Shown here in pieces: positions 56,791 to 64,000 of a stretch of 64,000 bases of DNA. This DNA comes from Opitutales bacterium (GTDB lineage: Bacteria > Verrucomicrobiota > Verrucomicrobiia > Opitutales > Seribacteraceae): the NCBI GenBank assembly GCA_900299365.1, contig OMJS01000013.1, positions 939-64,938 of the forward strand. Reading direction: 5' to 3'. The notes beneath the pieces are model-generated. The model saw nothing but the letters and a program-made list of their open reading frames with translations. It was not told the origin of the DNA and did no database searches. Numbering within the stretch: position 1 is the first letter of the stretch; each line of letters starts with the position of its first letter. The translations under genes were made by a program, and so were the position numbers.

Positions 56791-58328
56791 CAACCTCCAT
56801 AAAGTTTTGCATTCAACAGATCACCAGCAATAGAACGATCATCAAAAGGAATCGCTGTGTATTGAATCTCTTGGTAAGCCTCGTGCCCTTTCCCTGCGAT
56901 TAAAACACAGTCATTTTCATCTGCTGCCTCCAAAGCAAGGTCGATTGCTCTCCGTCTATCCTCCACAAAATATACTTCCGCTCCCCTGCAAACCCCCTTT
57001 TTCATGTCGCTAAATATAGAATCTATACTTTCCGTTCTCGGGTTATCTGAAGTTGCCCATATCTGATCTGCTGCAGCACATGCAACTCGGGTCATTTCGA
57101 GTCTTTTTCCCTTGTCTCGGTCACCCCCGCAACCGAAGACCACTCTCACTTTACCCTTGGTACATTCTTTAAGCATTTCCAAAGCATTACGAAGTGCATC
57201 TGGGGTATGGGCATAATCGACTAGTACACGGTATGGCTGGCCTTTATCCACGCACTCCATTCTACCACTTACACCTTGAAATTTCCGTAATTTTTGTACC
57301 GCACCCAAAACATCTTCCCCCATAGCATGAACAATAGCCAAAGAGGCCAATACATTCGATACATTGTATCTCCCTATAAGCGGGCTCGCCACTACGGTGT
57401 TTCCAAGTGGGCTTTCTAATAAAAATTTTGAGCCATCGGAATCGAGGGTAATGTTATTTGCTCGGAAATGATTATTTTCTTCAAATCCAAAAGTAAGTAC
57501 CTGAACCTGCGGCGGCAATTCCTGGGCTAACCTTTTGCCATAAGGACAGTCCCCGTTTATAACGGCAACCTTGGGTAAAGGACCATTTATCCCATTAAAA
57601 AGTTTTCTTTTCTCCCTATAGTACTCTTCCATCCCCCCGTGATAATCCAGATGATCGCGAGTCAAATTCATAAATGTTGCTATCTCCAAGTTTAAACCAG
57701 TAACCCGAGACTGATGAATCCCATGAGAACTAACCTCCATCACTGCATTAGTACATCCAGCAACAAGCATACTTTTAAGCATTGGATAGAGGTCTGATGC
57801 TTCTGGGGTTGTTTTAAAAGACGGAATATCACGGTCGCCCAAATTGTACTGTACAGTACCGATCAATCCCACAGGCCTTCCTGGTTCCTCAAGCAAATAC
57901 CTAGTAAGTGTACTTACGGTGGTTTTACCATTTGTACCAGTAATTCCAATTAGACTCATTGCCTCATCTGGTGAATTATAAAAGTTTTTCGAAAAGCGTG
58001 CCAGTGCACTTCTTGCATCATTCACCTTTATATTGGTTACTCCAATGGGAAGTTTAATATTCGAGGATTCCGATACTACTACTTTAGCACCTCTCTCTAG
58101 GGCCTCATCTAAATAAGCCTCACCACTTGTCCGTCTTCCCGGAATGGCAAAAAAAGCGGCTCCTGGAACAACTCTCCTGCTATCCGAACAAATCGCTTTG
58201 ATTAATTGGCGACCGTTCCTTACTCCATGCGATGAATTTCCATCGATTATATCACCAAGGAGTCGGTCGGGAGAGACTCTGGATTTTACACTTTCCACAT
58301 TTTGCATTTCTTCGAGGTTATTTTTCAT
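56790..58328 (-). CDS. murE: UDP-N-acetylmuramoyl-L-alanyl-D-glutamate--2,6-diaminopimelate ligase
   Basis: GITGTNGKTT, DYAHTPDAL and GCGGDRDKGKR. The DNPR motif in SDNPRTE fits meso-DAP-type enzymes. Confidence 0.92.
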   Translation of the reverse strand: MKNNLEEMQNVESVKSRVSPDRLLGDIIDGNSSHGVRNGRQLIKAICSDSRRVVPGAAFFAIPGRRTSGEAYLDEALERGAKVVVSESSNIKLPIGVTNIKVNDARSALARFSKNFYNSPDEAMSLIGITGTNGKTTVSTLTRYLLEEPGRPVGLIGTVQYNLGDRDIPSFKTTPEASDLYPMLKSMLVAGCTNAVMEVSSHGIHQSRVTGLNLEIATFMNLTRDHLDYHGGMEEYYREKRKLFNGINGPLPKVAVINGDCPYGKRLAQELPPQVQVLTFGFEENNHFRANNITLDSDGSKFLLESPLGNTVVASPLIGRYNVSNVLASLAIVHAMGEDVLGAVQKLRKFQGVSGRMECVDKGQPYRVLVDYAHTPDALRNALEMLKECTKGKVRVVFGCGGDRDKGKRLEMTRVACAAADQIWATSDNPRTESIDSIFSDMKKGVCRGAEVYFVEDRRRAIDLALEAADENDCVLIAGKGHEAYQEIQYTAIPFDDRSIAGDLLNAKLYGG

Positions 58329-58330
58329 AA

Positions 58331-60121
58331 CTACTGAATTTTTAACTTTGGATCGCTTAAATAACTTAGTTCTTTGGGACTTTGTTGAATGCCAAAATAA
58401 CTAATCAAACGGTTGGCAATTTTTCGAAAAGATGGTCCAGCCACGCTACCCCCATAACCTAACCTACCCTTTTTCATTTTTGGTTCATCAACCACTACCG
58501 TAATTACTGCTCTGGGTTTATCAGCTGGGAAATATCCTGAAAAAGAGGCTACATGATGGTTACTTGAATATTTCCCGTCTATTATCTTCTGGGTTGTCCC
58601 CGTTTTACCAGCTACTTGGAACCCAGGCACCATGGCTGATCTTGCAGTTCCTTCCCTTCCCACAACACTTACTAGCATTGTGGTGAGTTGATCTGCGACA
58701 TCTTCATCTATAACCCGTCTTACTGGACTCGGTAAAAATGGAACGACAGTTTTTCCCTCTTGGTCATAAACTTTCCGAATCAAAAACGGTTTCATTAAAA
58801 TTCCCCCATTGGCAATAACACTCATAGCTGAATGGACTTGCATAGGGGTAACGGATACTGCGTGCCCCATCGGCAGTCTGGTAATGGTTAATCCGTCCCA
58901 GTTTGATGGATTATGCAAAATCCCTGACCTCTCGCCAACCAGTCCAATATTTGTTTTTTCACCAAAACCAAATGCCTTTGAATAGTCGTATAATCGATTG
59001 GCACCTAATTTTAGCCCAACTTGTGCAGCCCCACGATTGCTTGATTTCTGTACAACCTGATGTAGGGAAATCTTACCCAATGGGTGGTGATCCTTCGGCA
59101 GCCTAAGTGATTTCTTTCCCACTATGTAAGTTGATAACGAGCAATCAACTATATCATCTGGATTAATAAATCCTTCGTTTAATGCTCCTCCGACTGGAAT
59201 AATTTTAAATGTCGATCCTGGTTCGTAAAGATCAGTAAGTACACGGTTTCTTTGGTTGGCCATAGGATAATCATTGTAATGATTTGGGTCAAAGGTTGGA
59301 CCATTTGCCATGGCTAAAATCTCACCCGTTGTCGGATTACTAACAACAATTGAGACACTTTCGGGCGAATATTTTTTTATTAGATGTTCTATTTCCTGTT
59401 CTACTGCATCTTGGATAACTCGATCGATTGATAGTTCTAGGTTCAATCCATCCTGAGAAAAGAATTCTACTGATCTGAACTGTGGCATTTCCCTCCTTCT
59501 TCCATCTCTTTCACTTTCGATCCATCCGTCCTGTCCTCGTAAGTAATAGTCGGCCATTAATTCAATTCCCATGCATGGCTTTCCCTCTTTATTTACATAA
59601 CCCAACACATGAGCTCCTAATTGCTGGTTTGGGTAAAACCTGGAGTGTTTGTAATTTCCATACACACCATTTATTTTAAGGTTTTTAATTGCTTGATAAG
59701 TGGAGTCATCTACTCCCTCCTTAAGCTTTACCCACCTGACCGGGGTAAGTTTTTCTACTGAGTTCTTGGAAGTAAAATACTTTTTCTTTACTGCATCCGT
59801 AACGATAGTCGGCTCGATGTTCAGAAGGTTCGCCAAATGAATTAATTTATCTGCATCCTCAACATCGTAACTGTGCGGATCGAGCCCCAGTACAACAACG
59901 GATTTTGTTGTAGCGAGTAAGCTTCCCTTACGATCAACTATATCGCCTCGCCTCGCCTCTTCCTTAATAAAATTTTGTCGGGCAGATGCTGCAAGACTAC
60001 TGTATTTTTCGGACTGCCAGACCTGCAAATGCAGAAGCCTGCCACCAAGAGTACAAAAAGTTAAAAGAACAGCAAAGAAAGTGAGGTAGAAACGATAAGA
60101 AGAGATGCAAACATTTTTCAT
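58331..60121 (-). CDS. ftsI: peptidoglycan D,D-transpeptidase FtsI (class B PBP)
   Basis: STFK, SSNRG and KTGT motifs with an N-terminal TM. ATG at 60121 is 1 nt after the ftsL stop; the ORF-track start at 60178 would overlap ftsL by 56 nt. Confidence 0.9.
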   Translation of the reverse strand: MKNVCISSYRFYLTFFAVLLTFCTLGGRLLHLQVWQSEKYSSLAASARQNFIKEEARRGDIVDRKGSLLATTKSVVVLGLDPHSYDVEDADKLIHLANLLNIEPTIVTDAVKKKYFTSKNSVEKLTPVRWVKLKEGVDDSTYQAIKNLKINGVYGNYKHSRFYPNQQLGAHVLGYVNKEGKPCMGIELMADYYLRGQDGWIESERDGRRREMPQFRSVEFFSQDGLNLELSIDRVIQDAVEQEIEHLIKKYSPESVSIVVSNPTTGEILAMANGPTFDPNHYNDYPMANQRNRVLTDLYEPGSTFKIIPVGGALNEGFINPDDIVDCSLSTYIVGKKSLRLPKDHHPLGKISLHQVVQKSSNRGAAQVGLKLGANRLYDYSKAFGFGEKTNIGLVGERSGILHNPSNWDGLTITRLPMGHAVSVTPMQVHSAMSVIANGGILMKPFLIRKVYDQEGKTVVPFLPSPVRRVIDEDVADQLTTMLVSVVGREGTARSAMVPGFQVAGKTGTTQKIIDGKYSSNHHVASFSGYFPADKPRAVITVVVDEPKMKKGRLGYGGSVAGPSFRKIANRLISYFGIQQSPKELSYLSDPKLKIQ

Positions 60122-60122
60122 C

Positions 60123-60467
60123 CTACTTACGGGTAAAAATGTCTCCTCTTCTCGGGTTGTTACTTCGGGCAATTTCATATTTTTGGTATGAATTCATTTC
60201 CCGTTCTGTCACATGCACCGTTTTTTGCGCAGTTGGCACACTCAATCTTCCCTCAACCAACTTTGCAATCATTGAGGGTCTAAGAAGCCTTGACTTCGTT
60301 CCCCGCAACTCCCGCAACTCTCGGGCAACCATTTCTCTTTGATCCTCGAGATTGCCACAATTTTTAGCGGTTGCGGAAATCTCCATTCGTAACCACACGA
60401 TGGAGATTGCTCCGCTCCCGAATATAGAAACTGCAAGAATTATAAACATCCACCACACCCGATTCAT
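60123..60467 (-). CDS. ftsL: cell division protein FtsL-like
   Basis: 114 aa with an N-terminal TM followed by a short coiled segment, positioned between rsmH and ftsI. Confidence 0.7.
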   Translation of the reverse strand: MNRVWWMFIILAVSIFGSGAISIVWLRMEISATAKNCGNLEDQREMVARELRELRGTKSRLLRPSMIAKLVEGRLSVPTAQKTVHVTEREMNSYQKYEIARSNNPRRGDIFTRK

Positions 60468-60472
60468 CAGTC

Positions 60473-61444
60473 TTACAGTTCTGGTTGCATAATTTTAGTT
60501 AAATATCTTAAGCGGGCGGAGCGACTCCGTGGGTTTCCCTCAACCTCCTCTTTCGTTGGGAATATTGCCTTCGATCCGTTTAGTACAGCGTATACTGACC
60601 TCTCCTGATTTGGCCTACCATCGTATCTACTCTCCGGCCGACCTGCCATTTTCCTCATAAATCTCTTCACGATCCTATCCTCCAAAGAATGGAATGAAAT
60701 CACAGCAAGTACCCCACCCTCCTTCAAGGCCCGAAAGGCTTTAGGTAAAGTAACTGCAAGGGCTTCCAATTCTCCGTTAATTGCAATTCTAATTCCTTGA
60801 AAAGTCTTAGTAGCCGGATGTATACGCTGACGGAAATTCCTGCCGCCCACTGCATCGCTTACCAACTCAGCTGCACTCATAGTTCGTGAAAGTTTACCAG
60901 TTCCCCGAGCCTTAATGATTGCATCAACCACTCTTCGCCATCTCCGTTCTTCCCCATACTCTCGAACCGCACGAACTAAACTCTCGTATGAGGCTTCCTC
61001 CAAAAACTTAGCTGCACTTTGGCCAATTCTTGGATCAAGTCTCATATCTATGGGTGCGTCCAAGCGAAAAGAAAATCCTTTCTCAGGCTCCATCAATTGG
61101 AAGGAGGATATCCCCAAATCCATTAATACACCGTCCAATTCATTGGGTGCGGTTACCTTGTCCAAATCCTTGAAAGATGAATCAAAAAAACTAAACCTGC
61201 TCCCATATTGAGATCTTAATTCTGTGGACCGTACTTGAGCATCCGGATCACAATCCATCGCGATCAAAGTACTTTCAGAAGAAGCAGCTAAAATCTCCCC
61301 ACTATGACCACCTCCACCAAAGGTTAAGTCAGCAAATAAACCACCCCGCTCCGGCTTAAGGCAAGCCATGCATTCATCGAGCAGAACAGGGATGTGCCTC
61401 ACCGCTGATGGAGAACAAACGAATTCAACCGCACCACAATACAT
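60473..61444 (-). CDS. rsmH: 16S rRNA (cytosine1402-N4)-methyltransferase
   Basis: HIPVLLDECM, DLTFGGGGHS, DLGISSFQL and SFHSLEDR. ATG at 61444. Confidence 0.93.
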   Translation of the reverse strand: MYCGAVEFVCSPSAVRHIPVLLDECMACLKPERGGLFADLTFGGGGHSGEILAASSESTLIAMDCDPDAQVRSTELRSQYGSRFSFFDSSFKDLDKVTAPNELDGVLMDLGISSFQLMEPEKGFSFRLDAPIDMRLDPRIGQSAAKFLEEASYESLVRAVREYGEERRWRRVVDAIIKARGTGKLSRTMSAAELVSDAVGGRNFRQRIHPATKTFQGIRIAINGELEALAVTLPKAFRALKEGGVLAVISFHSLEDRIVKRFMRKMAGRPESRYDGRPNQERSVYAVLNGSKAIFPTKEEVEGNPRSRSARLRYLTKIMQPEL

Positions 61445-61567
61445 TCCCACCCCCCCCGAGGTTTGCGTTAATCGAAAATGAAGCGATAGAGAGGCGGGGC
61501 AACCTGGAATCAAATCCCCTTCTTAGGACGACCACCCTAAAAGTCGCCCAAAACTTGTACCCAAGTA

Positions 61568-62014
61568 TCATAACCCCAACTCCCTCATCGCATCAAAAAT
61601 ATTACGCTCATTTTCAGCAGGTCTGCCCGAGTAGCGGTCAACTGACCATATAGCAAAAGCGGAAAAATTACCCACTAGGACTGCCTTGCCCTTGATTCCT
61701 GCATGATCTAAAAGTTTTTCGTTCAAATTAATTCGCCCCTGCTTATCGCAACCAAATGAATGAGCCTTGGAAAACAACTCCATCAGGAGTGCCTGTGCCC
61801 TGACATCGCTGAGGTTCGCCTCGGCCACTTTCTCCTCCAATCGGGCCACCATTTTCGGGGGATAAACCGTGATATACCTTCCGGGATTGGGGAGTGCCAA
61901 GTATGTGTTTTCGCCACCAGAAATCCTCCATTTTGAGGGAATAGTAACCCTCCCCTTGCTGTCCAAAGAGTGAGTAAACTCCCCTACAAAAAAGGTTGTT
62001 GTGCTTGCTTCCAT
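61568..62014 (-). CDS. mraZ: division/cell wall cluster transcriptional regulator MraZ
   Basis: FVGEFTHSLDSKGRVTIPSKWR and a second DKQGRINL SpoVT/AbrB-like half. First gene of the dcw cluster. Confidence 0.93.
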   Translation of the reverse strand: MEASTTTFFVGEFTHSLDSKGRVTIPSKWRISGGENTYLALPNPGRYITVYPPKMVARLEEKVAEANLSDVRAQALLMELFSKAHSFGCDKQGRINLNEKLLDHAGIKGKAVLVGNFSAFAIWSVDRYSGRPAENERNIFDAMRELGL

Positions 62015-62040
62015 TACCTGTAAATGACCATGCCTTAATA

Positions 62041-62075
62041 ACCACTTCTAACCATTATGTGCCATTTTGCCCCAC
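62041..62075 (-). promoter_or_regulatory. putative MraZ operator: four phased (A/G)TGGN direct repeats
   Basis: The forward strand reads ACCACttctaACCATtatgtGCCATtttgcCCCAC. On the mraZ strand this is GTGGG-n5-ATGGC-n5-ATGGT-n5-GTGGT with exact 10-nt phasing, 27 to 61 nt upstream of the mraZ ATG. Confidence 0.6.
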
Positions 62076-62084
62076 CATGGTCAA
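62054..62084 (-). promoter_or_regulatory. candidate sigma70-type promoter of the dcw operon (TTGACC-19 nt-CATAAT)
   Basis: On the minus strand TTGACC lies at 62084..62079 and CATAAT at 62059..62054, overlapping the repeats. The 19-nt spacer is longer than optimal. Confidence 0.3.
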
Positions 62085-62166
62085 GTTTTTTTCTTAAAAA
62101 ATGAATATTTTTATAGAATCAAAATTCTGTAATTGATAGATTATCCTGGATTAACACTTTTAGGTG

Positions 62167-62916
62167 ATGAGTAAAAAAATCCGGGCGGATGAGTTAATGG
62201 TTTTGCACAAACTTGCTGAGAGCCGAACCAAGGCTCAGGCGTGCATACTTGCCGGACAAGTTACTTGGAAAGATGCAAAAATTGAAAAATCCAGCCAATT
62301 ACTTCCCCCCGATGCAAAGCTTTCCCTAAAAACCCAAATGCCTTATGTGGGTCGGGGGGGCTTAAAAATGGAAAATTTTCTTTTAGCATCGAAATGGCCG
62401 GTTGAGGGTGTCGATTTCTTGGACCTCGGTGCATCCACAGGAGGGTTCACCGATTGTCTATTACAAAAAGGTGCTGGTTCGGCCACCTGCGTGGATGTGG
62501 GCAGAGGCCAACTGCACTACAAATTAAGGATCGATGATCGAGTAACGAATCTGGAGAAAGTAAATTTAAAGTCTTTGACCATTAAAGATTTACCACATTC
62601 TCAATACTCATTAGTTGTGATGGACCTGTCTTTTATTTCATTACGAAAAGTTCTGATTCAAGCTTGGCAATTCCTCGAGGATAACGGCTACCTTGCTGCA
62701 CTAGTAAAACCACAGTTCGAATGTAAAAAAGAGGAAGCGGATAGGGGGCAGGGAATTATAAAAGATAAAAATATCCATCACCGGGTGCTCAAAGAAATCA
62801 AACAACATGCCTCAGATCAACTTCCGGGATCTTCTTTGGTTATAGAAACCCAAGCAAGCCCTTTAGGAAATGATGGCAATACGGAATTTTTTCTGGGCTG
62901 GAGAAAAATTACGTAG
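62167..62916 (+). CDS. tlyA: TlyA family rRNA (cytidine-2'-O)-methyltransferase
   Basis: N-terminal S4-like RADELMV...SRTKAQACILAGQV and FtsJ-type LDLGASTGGFTDCLLQKGA. ATG at 62167, with a GTG at 62164. Confidence 0.88.
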   Translation: MSKKIRADELMVLHKLAESRTKAQACILAGQVTWKDAKIEKSSQLLPPDAKLSLKTQMPYVGRGGLKMENFLLASKWPVEGVDFLDLGASTGGFTDCLLQKGAGSATCVDVGRGQLHYKLRIDDRVTNLEKVNLKSLTIKDLPHSQYSLVVMDLSFISLRKVLIQAWQFLEDNGYLAALVKPQFECKKEEADRGQGIIKDKNIHHRVLKEIKQHASDQLPGSSLVIETQASPLGNDGNTEFFLGWRKIT

Positions 62917-62945
62917 AAAAAAGGAAAGGGATTCGCTCCATTTAG

Positions 62946-64000
62946 TTACTCGGACAAATGGACTAGAATTAATTCTTTGATCGCTTCATCTCGGGCAAGC
63001 ATTCCTCTGGAAAATTCCAGATTGGCATTCATGGTATTCTTTTGCTCATCTTCTATTTGCTTAACTCGGATAGTGTAAACTTTACTCAAAAAACCAAAGA
63101 CTACCCTTTCTTCATTTCTTTCCACTTCTACCCACTTATTTTCTACATCGAGAGACTCTGCGCCTTGGAGAAAACGATCAACCGCCCTTCTTTCTTTGGC
63201 AAGTTGAGTCAATTGAACCTTCAAGTTGCTTAATTTCTTCTCGTTGGCAGCAATCACTTTATTACCACCCTCTTCATCTGTAGATTGTGAACTTTCCAGT
63301 TTATCCATTCTTGCCCGGATCGATCTTTGCAAAGAATCAAAGGATGCCCGGGCACTGTTTTGGTTTTTTACTTTAATCGGATATTTCGACATTAGGACAT
63401 CGCTCGATTTTGGATCGGTTTCCAACCGTTCAATCAACTCATCAGCCTTATCATTAAATTTAGTATTTCTCCGATCATTCATAAATTCTTGGCAAAGGAG
63501 AGAAAAAGAGAGTTTGGCAAATGCTGCAGGTTGTTTAGGTACCTTACCATCAAGAAGAAAAACCAAATAACCATTTCTGGCTTTTCTGACCGACCGGGTA
63601 AAAAATTTAGAGGAGTCCAAAGAATCAACTTCCTCTAGTGGTTCTTTATTTGCTCGTTGCTCACTCGCCCTTCTCTCTAGTCCCAAAACCATGGACTGAG
63701 CATTCATCTCCTTTGGGGAGAATGATATTTTTCTTTGTTCAGCCTGGGAATCACGGAGAAAAGTTTCCAATTCATCGGACTTTCTTAGAGAAGAAAAGTC
63801 GGAATAGTTCTTTCGAATACGGTCTGAAAAGCGATTCAATTCATCAAGGAAATCAAGTGCAGCATTCTTAGCTAGTCGTTCGGATTCCCTATTTGCATCT
63901 GCCAAGTCTTGAACCTCCACTTTTTTTCGAACATCTTCAACAACATCTTCGAAATTAATCTCCGGAATTTCAGATTGATTACTATCCCCATCCTCAGAGG
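62946..64000 (-). CDS. hypothetical protein, N-terminus beyond window end
   Basis: The frame stays open from 63920 to the window edge (hand check of triplets 63921..63998 found no stop), so the GTG at 63920 is probably not the true start. Charged, helical sequence with no motif I recognise. Confidence 0.6.
   Translation of the reverse strand, partial: SEDGDSNQSEIPEINFEDVVEDVRKKVEVQDLADANRESERLAKNAALDFLDELNRFSDRIRKNYSDFSSLRKSDELETFLRDSQAEQRKISFSPKEMNAQSMVLGLERRASEQRANKEPLEEVDSLDSSKFFTRSVRKARNGYLVFLLDGKVPKQPAAFAKLSFSLLCQEFMNDRRNTKFNDKADELIERLETDPKSSDVLMSKYPIKVKNQNSARASFDSLQRSIRARMDKLESSQSTDEEGGNKVIAANEKKLSNLKVQLTQLAKERRAVDRFLQGAESLDVENKWVEVERNEERVVFGFLSKVYTIRVKQIEDEQKNTMNANLEFSRGMLARDEAIKELILVHLSE

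Overview
This is an AT-rich bacterial chromosomal window and it looks like core genome: I saw no transposase, integrase, CRISPR array or recognisable defence cassette. Gene content points to the PVC superphylum, probably Verrucomicrobiota. That is an inference from the many prepilin-type N-terminal proteins, the ftsQAZ-containing dcw cluster and the fusion architectures.

Layout, left to right:
1. A long minus-strand array: M29-like aminopeptidase, menA, a four-gene pseudopilin operon, murJ, a TPR protein, a PP2C phosphatase, a DinG helicase and an MBL hydrolase.
2. tRNA-Asp, a membrane protein, an M42 peptidase, hisA, a proline-rich tandem-repeat protein, tRNA-Ala, a KAS-type condensing enzyme, a nitroreductase and tRNA-Phe.
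3. A 0.4-kb non-coding spacer, three small genes, and a 5.4-kb gene for a signal-peptide-bearing giant coiled-coil protein.
4. tRNA-Leu, then a complete nuoB-to-nuoN complex I operon with no nuoA, then tRNA-Ser.
5. A CPA1 Na+/H+ exchanger fused to a cyclic-nucleotide-binding domain, and a secreted protein.
6. A 16-gene dcw cluster on the minus strand: mraZ-rsmH-ftsL-ftsI-murE-murF-mraY-murD-LysM-ftsW-murG-murC/murB fusion-ddl-ftsQ-ftsA-ftsZ. A phased MraZ-box operator lies upstream, and tlyA is divergent from it.

I did not find a clear novel multi-gene system. The items most worth a second look are:
- the exported giant coiled-coil protein;
- an FtsZ whose tubulin signature and T7-loop catalytic residue appear substituted;
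- a LysM-only protein inserted in the dcw cluster;
- the murC-murB fusion;
- the proline-rich repeat protein;
- the orphan pseudopilin operon.

All calls come from reading the supplied translations and the DNA by eye. No searches were run.
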